A program made the position numbers and the translations under genes. Below the pieces are notes generated by a model. That model saw only the letters and a program-made list of their open reading frames with translations, was not told the DNA's origin and did no database searches. A DNA stretch of 63,966 nucleotides, the filler included. It is 8 parts of 8 records of this genome, joined end to end, with 100 filler letters (N's around TTAATTAATTAA, not from the genome) between each part and the next. Parts side by side here need not be neighbours in the genome. Positions count along the whole stretch, not along the records: positions 25,291 to 30,575 come from SRR31156797_10480; positions 30,676 to 48,615 come from SRR31156797_10483; 6 more parts are not named here. One strand, 5' to 3'. Position 1 is the first letter of the stretch. Each line of letters begins with the position of its first letter. Below, piece by piece: positions 30,110 through 40,812 of the stretch.

Positions 30110-30575
30110 TTACATTACAAGTTCGAATGATTCTTCAGGAGCAGTGGCGTCAATTTTATCCATAATAGCTCCCAGCATTTTTTCAAGAATCCTTATAGCT
30201 CCGGTATAACCTACAGTTGGGAAATAGCTATGACCTACACGATCGATAATTGGGAAGCCCATACGAACAAATGGAATTCCTTCGTCGCGAGCAATGTATT
30301 TTCCGTAAGTATTACCAATTAACAAATCAACAGGCTCTTCTTTTATCCACTGATGCATCAGGAACATATCAGCTTGTGGTCCGTTTTTGAATTTAGCTTC
30401 AGGAAGTTTATCACCTAAAATCTGTGTCATTCGTTTTTCAAAACGTTTGCCGGGAGTACCCGAAACAACATAAACCGGTTTCATATCCAGGTCCAGTAAA
30501 AACTCAACCAAAGGCAATAAGGTATCAGGGTCTCCGAAAACAGCTACACGTTTTCCGTATAAATACTGGTGCATA
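30110..30575 (-). CDS. nifK: Nitrogenase MoFe protein beta chain (C-terminal fragment)
   Basis: YLYGKRVAVFGDPD, DLLIGNTYGKYIARD, GFPIIDR, FELVM end; directly upstream of nifE. Confidence 0.92.
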
Positions 30576-30675
30576 NNNNNNNNNNNNNNNNNNNNNNNNN
30601 NNNNNNNNNNNNNNNNNNNTTAATTAATTAANNNNNNNNNNNNNNNNNNNNNNNNNNNNNNNNNNNNNNNNNNNN
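30576..30675. other. Artificial contig spacer
   Basis: N-run with TTAATTAATTAA. Confidence 0.98.
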
Positions 30676-30890
30676 ATTCTGTCTTTATTGTCCAGGGTGA
30701 AAGACTTCCCACTCATCCCGTTTACTATAATCACTTTAGTGATAGTAGAACTATCAATTTCCGATAACATTGTAGCGGTGTTATTTTCATTCCCGTTCTG
30801 CTCGTCTATGCATCCTGAAAAAAAGAGTGTGCTACACAAAATCAAGACTATAATAAGATGGTTCATTACTTTGTTCATTCCAATCATCAC
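30676..30890 (-). CDS. Archaeal lipoprotein (truncated)
   Basis: Hydrophobic signal with FFSGCI lipobox. Confidence 0.6.
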
Positions 30891-31154
30891 TACCAGAGTT
30901 GAAAGAAAACAACTCTAAAGTTCACATTAACATATAGTAAAAATTGGATCATTCTTTAAATTAATTGTGGCCATGCATCCAACTGAAAAAAATGTATACA
31001 ACAATATACCAAACAAACATAGATGGAGAACAGGCTATGGAGATTTGCAGTTTTTTGTAAAATAAATTATATTGTGGCTTGTTTTTGTGCGAGAGCAAAA
31101 AGATGGATTAAGAGTTTTACTTCCGCAATATGCCGGATATTTTTTCTTCAACTC

Positions 31155-31910
31155 TCACATATATCCAATAAGCTCTCCATCAGCTACTCCTACATCGAAT
31201 TCAGAATAGTCCCCATTCTCAATGGCAGTTGTAAGCTCGTCCAGCTTCAGAGGTTCCTCATAGGGCCTTTCAGCTATCCCATCGTCCGTTAACGAGAACT
31301 TTCCCTGGGAATAACCTGTGACAATGAAGTGCTCCGGGCCTATGTCTTTAAAGTATGGATACGTATCTTCGCAAAGATAGACCAGAACTTTCTCACCCTC
31401 ATAAAAAGATGGCTCGTAATCAACGGTCATTGCTACCAGCTCATCCTCGCCTCCTTCAGTACGAATCCTGACTTCCTTTTGATCAAGCGGGCCCTTAAGA
31501 TATGAGTCTACACTTACAATGATATCAGTATACATAGTGTCATCATCGCCAATATCATCAATATTCACACCCCTTCTTATCCCATCATCTGTGTTCCATT
31601 TTGAAGGGAGGATATCCGTTACTGTCCCAATAACTACGGTTCCGGAAAGAGTGTCCAGTTCGCTTAAGCTGGTTGCAACCATTGAGCCACTGACAGGAAT
31701 CAGAAACGGAGCTTGTGCATCAGTGCTATTATTAGCAGGTTGTGAGGGTATATCACTGAGTGCCTCCTCAGTGGAGTTTTCCAGGACTTTTGATTGTTCA
31801 ACTATATCATCTTGTGACAATCCCGGTAGAACACTTGCTATAAACAACCCGAGGACCAATACAGAGATTGATCCAATGATCACAAGTCCGTATTTTACTT
31901 TACTATCCAA
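31155..31910 (-). CDS. Membrane-anchored acidic hypothetical protein
   Basis: 251-aa ORF, N-terminal TM, extracellular-type domain. Confidence 0.7.
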   Translation of the reverse strand: MDSKVKYGLVIIGSISVLVLGLFIASVLPGLSQDDIVEQSKVLENSTEEALSDIPSQPANNSTDAQAPFLIPVSGSMVATSLSELDTLSGTVVIGTVTDILPSKWNTDDGIRRGVNIDDIGDDDTMYTDIIVSVDSYLKGPLDQKEVRIRTEGGEDELVAMTVDYEPSFYEGEKVLVYLCEDTYPYFKDIGPEHFIVTGYSQGKFSLTDDGIAERPYEEPLKLDELTTAIENGDYSEFDVGVADGELIGYM

Positions 31911-32077
31911 TGTCAGTTTAACACAACCACATAATCATAATGTGTTGTCTACAATTGAGAACTGACCGATATAAAAATTGTGGTCTTTTATCAAACTATT
32001 TTATATTTGTCGCATTCCATTGGATGACACACTATTTGCATAAGCTTGCAGCTTAAGATTTTCAAAAATTGATGATC

Positions 32078-32698
32078 TCACTCCCCAACCAGCCTCTTAG
32101 CAATCTCCGCAACATGCCTGCCCTGGAACCTCGCAATCCCAAGCTCATTCTCACTCGGATGCCTTTCATCCGGTCCACTGCCAGCAACCGTTGAAGCGCC
32201 ATATGGACTTCCGCCTGTGATCTCTTCAAGGTTGGACTGTCGTGTTTCGGAATACGGAACACCCACCAAAATCATTCCATGATGTAGCAGGGTCGTGTGA
32301 AAGCTCAGTATTGTTGCCTCCTGACCACCATGCTGGGTGCTGCTGGAAGTGAAAACGCTGCCTATTTTACCGATAAGTTCACCCTTTGACCAGATGCCTC
32401 CTGTCCTGTCAAGGAAGGCACGCATTTGTGCAGTCATCATTCCAAACCTTGTCGGGGTTCCGAATATAATGGCATCTGCTTCGGTAAGGTTGTCTACTGT
32501 TGCAACAGGGATGTGTTCGAAGCTCTTTTTGGACTCTGTGGCACCCATCTTTTCCAGTATCTCAGGCGTGAAGGTTTCCTGAACCTGGAACAGGCCAACA
32601 TCTGCACCTTCTACTTCTCTGGCACCTTCTGCTACTGCTCCTGCCATCTTATAGTTGTGTCCGTAGAGACTGTAAAAAATAACATTGATCTTCATCAT
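32078..32698 (-). CDS. wrbA: NAD(P)H:quinone oxidoreductase
   Basis: [31 protein letters not shown]. Confidence 0.95.
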   Translation of the reverse strand: MMKINVIFYSLYGHNYKMAGAVAEGAREVEGADVGLFQVQETFTPEILEKMGATESKKSFEHIPVATVDNLTEADAIIFGTPTRFGMMTAQMRAFLDRTGGIWSKGELIGKIGSVFTSSSTQHGGQEATILSFHTTLLHHGMILVGVPYSETRQSNLEEITGGSPYGASTVAGSGPDERHPSENELGIARFQGRHVAEIAKRLVGE

Positions 32699-32806
32699 TT
32701 CACCCATTATCCCATTGGTATACAACATCACTAACCAGTAATAAAGAGGAGATCCATGAATAAATAATTTGCAGGATCAAAGATCAATGCATACCGTTAA
32801 ATAGAA

Positions 32807-32857
32807 AATGTTAGATATTACTAACATAATAAGAGTAATATCTAACATTATGTTAGA
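32807..32857. promoter_or_regulatory. Multi-site palindromic operator upstream of the membrane protein/XRE operon
   Basis: AATGTTAGATATTACT-N11-AGTAATATCTAACATT perfect 16-bp arms; four TGTTAG/CTAACA half-sites. Confidence 0.7.
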
Positions 32858-32877
32858 ATCATATATGGTGAATTATT

Positions 32878-33276
32878 ATGGAAAAGTTGGAAAAATATAC
32901 AAAACTAGCATATTCAATAGCACTGCTCCTGATAATGTCGGGAGTAGCTATGTTGTCATTCTTTGAGAACTATCAGGAGCTTTCATTAGCTATGATAAAT
33001 GCAGGAAGCATTATGATCTTCGTGACCTTTGTCAGGGGCAGAAGACGCAGCAAAGGTAGTCCCTTGAAGGATGAAAGAACCACAAAAATAGGTTCATACG
33101 GGCTTTCGTATTCCTGGATAACCACATTAATTATAGTGACCTTACTATTCTGGGTCGATAACTTTAAACTTGTTCATTTCAATGCCAGTCAGATACTCGG
33201 ACTTCTGCTCTTCGTAATGGTGCTGACTGCAAAAGGATTCCAATGGTATCTTTTCAGAAAAGGAGATGTGGAGTGA
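32878..33276 (+). CDS. DUF2178-like membrane protein
   Basis: 4 TM with DERT motif, paired with a small HTH gene. Confidence 0.65.
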   Translation: MEKLEKYTKLAYSIALLLIMSGVAMLSFFENYQELSLAMINAGSIMIFVTFVRGRRRSKGSPLKDERTTKIGSYGLSYSWITTLIIVTLLFWVDNFKLVHFNASQILGLLLFVMVLTAKGFQWYLFRKGDVE

Positions 33277-33288
33277 AGCGGAGTAAAC

Positions 33289-33495
33289 ATGAAAACAAGG
33301 ATCAAGGAATTCAGGGCCAGATATGATATGACTCAGGAAGACCTTGCAAACAAAGTTGGTGTCAGAAGAGAGACAATAGGTTTTCTGGAAAAGGGGAAAT
33401 ATAATCCCTCATTAAAACTTGCATATAAAGTTGCAAAGACATTTGAAACTACAATTGGCGAGCTATTCATTTTTGACGAAACAGACCTTGAATAG
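33289..33495 (+). CDS. XRE-family HTH regulator
   Basis: [30 protein letters not shown]. Confidence 0.92.
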   Translation: MKTRIKEFRARYDMTQEDLANKVGVRRETIGFLEKGKYNPSLKLAYKVAKTFETTIGELFIFDETDLE

Positions 33496-33511
33496 ATAGT
33501 CGGAGACAACT

Positions 33512-34057
33512 ATGGAAGCGAAAACAAAGGTATGGCTTGCAGAAGATGGAAAACCAGTTATCGGCGAAGGAAAGGTTGAACTTCTCAAAGCAATAGACGA
33601 GGAAAAGTCACTCAGAAAAGCCTGCATGAAAATGGATATTTCCTACAAGCATGCATGGAACGTCCTGAACAAAATAAGTGAAAGACTTGGAAAAGAGGTC
33701 GTCACAACCATCAGGGGTGGAAAAAACCAGGGAACATTTCTTACTGATGAAGGACGCATGCTTATAGAAGAATATGAGATGAACAGGAAATTCATCAACA
33801 ATACCATGGAAGATGAAGGATCCTGGGAGAAACTCGGTCTTGCCATATCAGCACGCAATAAAATCCCCGGGAAAGTAACTGGAGTGGAAAAAGACGGCAT
33901 CGTTGCAAAGGTAAGAATAGAAATTGATCCTTCTATCCTTACATCCGTTATTACTTCAGAAGCAGTAGACAGACTTGATATCAAAGAAGGAGAAAGTGTA
34001 TTTGCAATAATCAAGTCAACTGAAGTGCTTATTGGAAAAGAGAAAAAGAAGGGTTAA
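33512..34057 (+). CDS. ModE-like molybdate-responsive regulator (wHTH + TOBE)
   Basis: LLKAIDEEKSLRKAC..ISYKHAW, GGKNQGTFLT, ISARNKIPG. Confidence 0.88.
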   Translation: MEAKTKVWLAEDGKPVIGEGKVELLKAIDEEKSLRKACMKMDISYKHAWNVLNKISERLGKEVVTTIRGGKNQGTFLTDEGRMLIEEYEMNRKFINNTMEDEGSWEKLGLAISARNKIPGKVTGVEKDGIVAKVRIEIDPSILTSVITSEAVDRLDIKEGESVFAIIKSTEVLIGKEKKKG

Positions 34058-34164
34058 AACTGCTTTTTTTTGCATTTGTACCATTCAAAAACCGTATATA
34101 CTTTAAGGACCCATTATAAACTAGTATATTTATCAAAATAGAGGATCAATTAGAAAGGGATATC

Positions 34165-34383
34165 ATGCCAAAACAAGACGATTTTTCGTGGGAGAGAGGC
34201 AAGGTCAAAGAAGGCTCCAGCCTTGGCAAAATAGTCAGTATACCTGCTCAGGAAGATGAAATTGAAGCTCCTGGCGATCTTAGATTAGATATCGACAGTA
34301 AAGAAGACATAGTAGTTGATGAGTTCAAAGAGAAAATGGCAGAAGTCCTCTCAAGAGAACTCCACAAAAAAGACAAAATATAG
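34165..34383 (+). CDS. Small hypothetical protein
   Basis: 72-aa ORF after an AT-rich promoter-like region. Confidence 0.55.
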   Translation: MPKQDDFSWERGKVKEGSSLGKIVSIPAQEDEIEAPGDLRLDIDSKEDIVVDEFKEKMAEVLSRELHKKDKI

Positions 34384-34389
34384 TTCTTT

Positions 34390-35493
34390 TCAACACTTCT
34401 TTTGCTTGTACATACCATAGATCATGAAAGGTACCAATATTAGTGCAAACGCTGTTTTTATTTCAGGTGCCAGAACCTCACTTGCACTTCCAACGATAGA
34501 ACTTACCTCAATGCCCATTTTTACATAGATGAGATCAAGAAACAACCCAAATGCCAGTGAACACACTGCAATCATTGTCAGGTAGATTGTTGCACTTCTT
34601 TTCCCCATAAATTTTGTAACCATAGTTATGGTTGCTGCGTTTGTGGCAGGTCCTGCAAGCAGGAACACAAAAGCAGTTCCAGGACTCATTCCCTTTGAAA
34701 CCAGGGCTGCAGCCAGTGGAGTTGAAGCTGTGGCGCAAATGTAAAGAGGTATCCCGATAACCAGCATAATTAACATGGAGAAAATACCGCCTCCAAGATA
34801 GCCACTTATTATTTCATCGGGAATCACATAGGAGATGATTCCTGCAATGATGATACCAAATACCAGCCATCCGGCAATATCCCCCAGAAGTTCAACAAAA
34901 GAATACCTGAAAGCTTCCTTTAGTTTAAGGAACATCGATGCATCCTCATCCAGATGACCGGAATTGCATCCGCACGAAGAATCGCTGCATGTTGTCGCTG
35001 GTTGCATCATGAGCAGATCATTCTTAGGAGACAAAGACCTCTTTTCACTTTCCTCCGGACCCAGGATATTCTCAGTTATACCTGTCAGAAGGGCAGTAGT
35101 CATGCTGGCGATTGGACGAAATACCGTCATGATAGGATCCAGCAATGCATAGGTTATCGCTATGGAGTCTACCCCGGTCTCGGGCGTTGATATCAGGAAA
35201 GAGAGCGTTGCTCCCTTTGTAGCTCCCCTGTTCTTAAGAGAAAGAGCAGTTGGAACTACACCGCACGAACATAGTGGAAGCGGGATACCAAGCAAAGATG
35301 CATTCAGAGCTGACCGGAATTTTCCTGCGGACTTTCCCAGATACTTCAATATCTTCTCATCCGGTACAAGTACATGCAAAAGGCCTGCGACTCCAAAACC
35401 AAGGAACAGATAGGGTGCTGCCTCTTCGAACAGGTCCCATGATTCAATTGCAACTCCGGCAATGATAGTAAGCAAAGTATCAAGCATTGTCAT
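34390..35493 (-). CDS. DUF318 permease (SO_0444-type metal efflux)
   Basis: PLPLCSCGVVP, ISTPETGVDS, PLYICATASTP, Cys/His loop. Confidence 0.88.
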   Translation of the reverse strand: MTMLDTLLTIIAGVAIESWDLFEEAAPYLFLGFGVAGLLHVLVPDEKILKYLGKSAGKFRSALNASLLGIPLPLCSCGVVPTALSLKNRGATKGATLSFLISTPETGVDSIAITYALLDPIMTVFRPIASMTTALLTGITENILGPEESEKRSLSPKNDLLMMQPATTCSDSSCGCNSGHLDEDASMFLKLKEAFRYSFVELLGDIAGWLVFGIIIAGIISYVIPDEIISGYLGGGIFSMLIMLVIGIPLYICATASTPLAAALVSKGMSPGTAFVFLLAGPATNAATITMVTKFMGKRSATIYLTMIAVCSLAFGLFLDLIYVKMGIEVSSIVGSASEVLAPEIKTAFALILVPFMIYGMYKQKKC

Positions 35494-35497
35494 TAAA

Positions 35498-35854
35498 TCA
35501 TTCCTCCACGTGCTCCCTGCACATTGACATGAACATCTCTACATGTTCGTCAGCCAGATGATAAACTGCGAACCGACCTTCTTTCTTAACCCTTACCAGA
35601 TCAGTCTGCCTGAGGTTCTTCAGGCTATGGGATATAGCCGATTGGGATATCCCAAGAGCTTCCTCAAGGTCTTTCACACACATCCCACCCTGCAGGAGAA
35701 GGAACAGTATCTTCAGGCGAGTGTCGCACTGAAGAGCATTGAAAATACTACACATGGAAGAGATAGATTCCTCCGACGGCAGTTTCCTGACCTTTTCATT
35801 GATAGTGATAGCATCATTACAGGCATGTCCTTGCTCTATAAGGCCCATGAACAT
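35498..35854 (-). CDS. ArsR/SmtB metalloregulator with alpha5 site
   Basis: TRLKIL, SQSAISHSL, DEH-x10-H-x2-E. Confidence 0.92.
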   Translation of the reverse strand: MFMGLIEQGHACNDAITINEKVRKLPSEESISSMCSIFNALQCDTRLKILFLLLQGGMCVKDLEEALGISQSAISHSLKNLRQTDLVRVKKEGRFAVYHLADEHVEMFMSMCREHVEE

Positions 35855-35878
35855 ATGATCATATGATCATATGCTCAT
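35847..35878. promoter_or_regulatory. Operator candidate overlapping the ArsR start codon
   Basis: ATGAACATATGATCATATGATCATATGCTCAT, 32-bp near-perfect palindrome. Confidence 0.7.
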
Positions 35879-35907
35879 ATATTAATATATCCCTTATGAC
35901 CTTCGTT

Positions 35908-36681
35908 TCAGAAAAGGACTGAAATCACCATAGAAACGGCAGAGAAAAAAAAGAAAAAAAGATCTCTCCCTGTAAATTTCAGCATATGCAGAGAACTACG
36001 CCCCATACTTCGATAACAACGGCTTTCCATTGCCAGGGCCACCTCTTCCACCCTGCGCACCGAAGTGCTGACCAGCGGAACAGCAATTGAGAAAATAGCT
36101 TTCACTGGTTTCCTTTTGATATCCAGACCACGGGAGATCTGAGCTTCACGGAGGCTCCTGAAACTATCATAGAACAGGGGTACGAAATATATTGACAGTG
36201 ACATCATCATTGCAAGGTCGTGTGATGTTAGCCCAACATATCTCAATGGAAACGGTCGAAGCAATCTCTCAATCCCTGCTGTGATACGGGAGGGAGAAGT
36301 TGTGGCTGTGATGAGTGCTGCGAATAATAAGAGAAAAACGAAACGCAGAGTAATGGTCGTACCAATTACCAGTCCTTCATAGGTGAAGGATATAGAATTA
36401 AACTGCCAGATCACTCTACCTTCCGTGAAGATCAACTGCATCAGGAAAAGTATGGCAAAGAAGAATAGCATTGGACGGACCGACCGTGCAAAATGTTTCG
36501 ATGGAAGCCTGCAGGATAATATAAGGCCTGCAAAAACCATCGTAATTAGAACCATATCAGCAAAGGATGAAGCACCAAGAATGAAGAAACTCACAAGCAT
36601 AAGACCAATAATCTTTGTCCTGGGGTCGAGCTTGTGAAGCAGGGAATTACCCGGAACGAAGGACATGAAAAGGTTATTCAT
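35908..36681 (-). CDS. ecfT: ECF transporter T component
   Basis: LHKLDPRTK, EAQISRG, AMESRCY. Confidence 0.9.
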   Translation of the reverse strand: MNNLFMSFVPGNSLLHKLDPRTKIIGLMLVSFFILGASSFADMVLITMVFAGLILSCRLPSKHFARSVRPMLFFFAILFLMQLIFTEGRVIWQFNSISFTYEGLVIGTTITLRFVFLLLFAALITATTSPSRITAGIERLLRPFPLRYVGLTSHDLAMMMSLSIYFVPLFYDSFRSLREAQISRGLDIKRKPVKAIFSIAVPLVSTSVRRVEEVALAMESRCYRSMGRSSLHMLKFTGRDLFFFFFSAVSMVISVLF

Positions 36682-37508
36682 CCTGAACGACCCCCTCTTT
36701 TCTTCAACGCATCGCTTATCTGATCAAAAGCATCATCTACAGACATAATATCAGCCCGTACATCAAAGCCTGAACTGACAAGGTCCTTCATGAGCAAGGT
36801 GATCTCGGGCAATGGTGACCTTACCGAGCGAAGGTATTCCCATGGAGTGCCATCGAAGACCACACTACCCTTATCAAGAAGTATTACCTTTTCCGCAAGA
36901 GGAAGAAGTTCACACACCTGATGTGAAACGACCACCACGGATATTCCTGAGCTATGCAGCTCTTGCAGAGTTGAAAGGAGAGATGAACGGTTCTCAGGGT
37001 CAAGACCTGAAGTGGGCTCATCAAGGATAAGATACTCAGGCTCCATTGCCAGAACCCCGGCAAGTGCTACAAGCCTCATCTGGCCACCGCTAAGACTGAA
37101 AGGAGAAAGAGAGGCGATGTTGCTGGAAAGACCAACCTGTTCCAGAGCATCTGTCACACGTTTTTCAAGAACATCGTCTTTTACTCCGAAATTAGAAGGT
37201 CCGAAGGATATATCCTCGAAAACGGTCCTGCCAAATAATTGTTTTTGTGGATACTGCATCAGAAGACCAGCTTTTCTTCTTATCGCTTTGTCAGTAGAAT
37301 CCACTCCGCTAACCTTTACAGAACCGGACTGCGGCTTGAGAAGACCATTGAAATGTCGCACAAGTGTTGATTTACCGGAGCCCACCTCGCCACCGATAAG
37401 GACAAACTGCCCTTTTTCAATGGACAGACTAACACTGTCAAGAGCACGTTTCTCAAGAGAGGTCCCTTTATTATAACAGAACCCCAGATCCTTCACTTCA
37501 ATTGACAT
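36678..37508 (-). CDS. ecfA2: ECF transporter ATPase A'
   Basis: GSGKST, SPFSLSGGQ, LILDEPT. Confidence 0.88.
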   Translation of the reverse strand: MSIEVKDLGFCYNKGTSLEKRALDSVSLSIEKGQFVLIGGEVGSGKSTLVRHFNGLLKPQSGSVKVSGVDSTDKAIRRKAGLLMQYPQKQLFGRTVFEDISFGPSNFGVKDDVLEKRVTDALEQVGLSSNIASLSPFSLSGGQMRLVALAGVLAMEPEYLILDEPTSGLDPENRSSLLSTLQELHSSGISVVVVSHQVCELLPLAEKVILLDKGSVVFDGTPWEYLRSVRSPLPEITLLMKDLVSSGFDVRADIMSVDDAFDQISDALKKRGGRSG

Positions 37509-38314
37509 AGTGCCTCCCTGAGTTCTTCTCTTGAAAGAGGGAAAGATACAGAATCAACGGGTATTAACCCTGAATCCCTGAGCTTCCGTGCCAACCTTAT
37601 AACAGGAGGAAGGTCAAAGCCAAACTCTTCGGGATCGTCATTGCTTAGTATCTCACGCGGAACCCCATCATGCCTGATGCGACCATTTTCCATAACAATC
37701 AGGCGGTCTGCATGTACCAGCTCTTCAAATCGATGTGTCACATATACTATGGTAGTCCCCTTCTCATGCAGGTTTTCTATCAGGGCAAGGATATCCTTAC
37801 GTGAGCATGGGTCCAGCATGGAAGTGACTTCATCGAACAGTATGATATCAGGCCCCATGGCAAGAACGGATGCCAGTGCAATTTTCTGCTTCTGACCGCC
37901 ACTCAGGGAATGTGGAGTATGATACCTGTAGTCATGCATTCCCACATCATGAAGCGATCGGTCTACACGATCACGAATATCCTGCTGTGCTAGACCAAGG
38001 TTTTCAGGACCGAATGCAACATCCTCTTCCACGGTCATCCCTATGAACTGGGAGCCAGGATCCTGGAAGACCATCCCTGCTATCTGGCGTATGTCCATCA
38101 GGGAGGCAGGGTCGGTGATATCCATACCATTCACAAGCACTGAACCTTCAGAGGGAAGGAGAAGACCATTTATGTGGTGCAGCAGGGAGGATTTACCAGA
38201 ACCGTTCTTCCCTGTTATGGCTACGAACTCACTTCTATGTATATCCACGGACAGGGAGTCTATTGCAAGTGTACCATCGGGGTACCAATATGTCAGGTCC
38301 TTTATGCTGATCAT
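37493..38314 (-). CDS. ecfA1: ECF transporter ATPase A
   Basis: GKNGSGKS, LSGGQKQ, AFGPENLG. Confidence 0.88.
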   Translation of the reverse strand: MISIKDLTYWYPDGTLAIDSLSVDIHRSEFVAITGKNGSGKSSLLHHINGLLLPSEGSVLVNGMDITDPASLMDIRQIAGMVFQDPGSQFIGMTVEEDVAFGPENLGLAQQDIRDRVDRSLHDVGMHDYRYHTPHSLSGGQKQKIALASVLAMGPDIILFDEVTSMLDPCSRKDILALIENLHEKGTTIVYVTHRFEELVHADRLIVMENGRIRHDGVPREILSNDDPEEFGFDLPPVIRLARKLRDSGLIPVDSVSFPLSREELREALCQLK

Positions 38315-38321
38315 GTTTCTA

Positions 38322-38864
38322 TCATATAGAGTATCTTGATGTAATTATGGATGCTGCCAGTAATTTAAGTATCGATCCGGGAATGAACGGGATCAGGCCG
38401 AGTGCCAGAGCCTCGGAGAGAGAAAGACTTGCAACGTTCATTAGCTGCAATATACCTAACAGGTAGATCACACAGAGCCCTGCAAGCATGAAAAGTGCAT
38501 TTAGATGGACCTTTTCCCTGCCATACCTGTCACAGAGATAACCGATCACTAAAGCACCAACCGCAAATCCGATGAGATAGCCACCGGTAGGTCCGAAAAA
38601 CATACCAAGACCGGAACTTCCTCCTGAGAATACAGGCAATCCTGCAATACCCAGAAGCAGATATACAATCACACTTATCGTTCCCCATCTGGCACCAAGC
38701 ATGGCTCCTGCCAGGAGGATGAAGAAAGTCTGGAGTGTGATAGGTACAGGACTGATGGGAACAGGTATCTTGATATAGGCACCTACTGCTATCATTGCAG
38801 CAAACATCGATGCATACACCATTTTTCTGATGTTCTCATTCTGGGAAGATATATTGTCAACCAT
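38322..38864 (-). CDS. bioY: Biotin ECF S component
   Basis: PVPITLQT, GLPVFSGG, GPTGGYLIGF; likely start 38864. Confidence 0.93.
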   Translation of the reverse strand: MVDNISSQNENIRKMVYASMFAAMIAVGAYIKIPVPISPVPITLQTFFILLAGAMLGARWGTISVIVYLLLGIAGLPVFSGGSSGLGMFFGPTGGYLIGFAVGALVIGYLCDRYGREKVHLNALFMLAGLCVIYLLGILQLMNVASLSLSEALALGLIPFIPGSILKLLAASIITSRYSI

Positions 38865-38975
38865 ACGAGCCGTAAGTGGTTTACAAAATATATAATCCTT
38901 ATGCAAGGAACCGGTGAAGAAGAATTGAAGAAAAAAAGATAATAGAGTGCAGGAAATCCTGCACAAAAAAGGATA

Positions 38976-40592
38976 TTACATATCCATATCAGGCTGTGGC
39001 ATACCTGGTGGCATTGCGCCGCCCCTGCCGGTTGCAGCCACAACATCATCGATCCTGAGGATCATAACTGTTGCTTCAGTTGCTGCGTTGATAGCCTGGG
39101 TCTTTATCCTGAGTGGTTCAAGGACATTGTTCTCATACATGTCAACTACCTTTCCGGTGTAGACATCAAGACCCATGTTCTTGTTGCCCTGCTCGTGCTG
39201 TGCACGGAGGTCAATGAGTTTGTCTATTGGATCAAGACCTGCATTCTCTGCGAGTGTCTGCGGAATGATCTCGAGTGCTTCTGCGAACTTAGCGACTGCA
39301 AGCTGTTCCCTTCCTTTGAGGGTTGCTGCGTAGTCCCTGAGCCTGAGTGCGAGCTCGATCTCAGGTGCTCCGCCACCTGCAACGATCTTCTTGTCTTCAA
39401 GTGCTACACCGATGACACAGAGTGCGTCGTTTAATGCGCGCTTAAGACTGTCAACGATGTGTGATGTACCGCCGTGGAGAATGAGAGAGGCTGTTTTCTT
39501 TTCTTTGCAGCCAAGGAAAAAGGTCATCTTTGAACCGTGAAGTTCCTGCTCTTCTACAATCTCTGCCTCACCAAGATCTTCTGGCCGGATATCAGCTGCA
39601 TCCTGGAACAAGGTTGCTCCGGTTGCTTTTGCGATCTTCTTGAGGTCACTCTTTGTGATCCTTCTGCATGCATAGATGCCAGCCTTCTCAAGATAGTACT
39701 GTGCAAGGTCGTCAATTCCCTTCTGACAGAATACTACGTTTGCACCACTTGCGACGATCTTGTCAACCATTTCCTTGACCATTTTCTCTTCCTGTTCAAC
39801 GAAGAGGTTCATCTGATCTGGTGAGGTTATCTTGATCTCTGCGCTCTTCTCGATCTTCTGGAACTCGATAGCAAAGCTTGCAAGAAGGATCTTTGCATTC
39901 TCTACCTTCTTTGGCATGTTAGGTCTTACTCTTTCCTTGTCGATAACAAGACCTGTGACAAGTTCAGAGTCAAGGATGCTGCCGCCTTCGCGCTTCTCGA
40001 TGGTGATGTCTTCTACATCGACCTTGAGGTCACCATCGCTTTCTTCCACAACTGAAAGGACTGCATCAAGAACTTTCTCTGCAAGGAAATCCTTGTATTC
40101 GCCTGCTGCTTTACCTGTAAGAGCGGTCTTTGCCAGCTTCATCAGGGTCTCTCTGTCATCTGTGGATACATCGATGGTAATGGTCTTCAGGATGTCAACA
40201 GCCTTCTCTGCTGCATGTCTGTAACCACTTGAAATGATGGTTGGGTGAACGCCTTTGTCACTAAGCTCTTCTGCCTTTGTGAGAAGCTCACCTGTGAGTA
40301 CTGCTGCGGTTGTTGTACCGTCGCCAACCTCGTCATCCTGTGTCTTTGAGACTTCAACCACCATCTTTGCTGCAGGGTGTTCAATGTCCATTTCCCTGAG
40401 GATGGTAGCACCGTCGTTTGTGATAACGATGTCTCCAAGTCCGTCGACAAGCATCTTGTCCATACCTTTTGGACCAAGGGTTGTCCTTACTGCTTTTGCT
40501 ACTGCTTTTCCTGCAAGGATGTTAATGCTCTGGGCATCTCTTGCACGGGAGTTGTTCCTGTTCCCTAACGCATACGTAGGCTGTCCTGCCAA
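38976..40592 (-). CDS. Thermosome (group II chaperonin) subunit
   Basis: [35 protein letters not shown] tail. Confidence 0.96.
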   Translation of the reverse strand: MAGQPTYALGNRNNSRARDAQSINILAGKAVAKAVRTTLGPKGMDKMLVDGLGDIVITNDGATILREMDIEHPAAKMVVEVSKTQDDEVGDGTTTAAVLTGELLTKAEELSDKGVHPTIISSGYRHAAEKAVDILKTITIDVSTDDRETLMKLAKTALTGKAAGEYKDFLAEKVLDAVLSVVEESDGDLKVDVEDITIEKREGGSILDSELVTGLVIDKERVRPNMPKKVENAKILLASFAIEFQKIEKSAEIKITSPDQMNLFVEQEEKMVKEMVDKIVASGANVVFCQKGIDDLAQYYLEKAGIYACRRITKSDLKKIAKATGATLFQDAADIRPEDLGEAEIVEEQELHGSKMTFFLGCKEKKTASLILHGGTSHIVDSLKRALNDALCVIGVALEDKKIVAGGGAPEIELALRLRDYAATLKGREQLAVAKFAEALEIIPQTLAENAGLDPIDKLIDLRAQHEQGNKNMGLDVYTGKVVDMYENNVLEPLRIKTQAINAATEATVMILRIDDVVAATGRGGAMPPGMPQPDMDM

Positions 40593-40812
40593 TTTTTAAC
40601 CTCCTAATGATAGTAACGATCTATAATAGATAGATATGATATTTTGTCAAATTAAGTACCTATTACTTGTACTGCTCAATCTAGATGAGAGCAGTTCTAT
40701 ATAAAGCTAACTGATGACTTTTTATTAAAAAATAGAAAAATAAAAGTTGCCGAATGAAAGTCTCATCCGGAAAAAAATGTGCCTAAACTCATCAGGATTT
40801 CAGCCTGAAGTC

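Noticed and set aside
12495-34057. A single molybdenum and nitrogen-fixation system linking the TOBE regulators and nif genes
   Set aside because: They lie on different contigs from different lineages, so adjacency is an artefact
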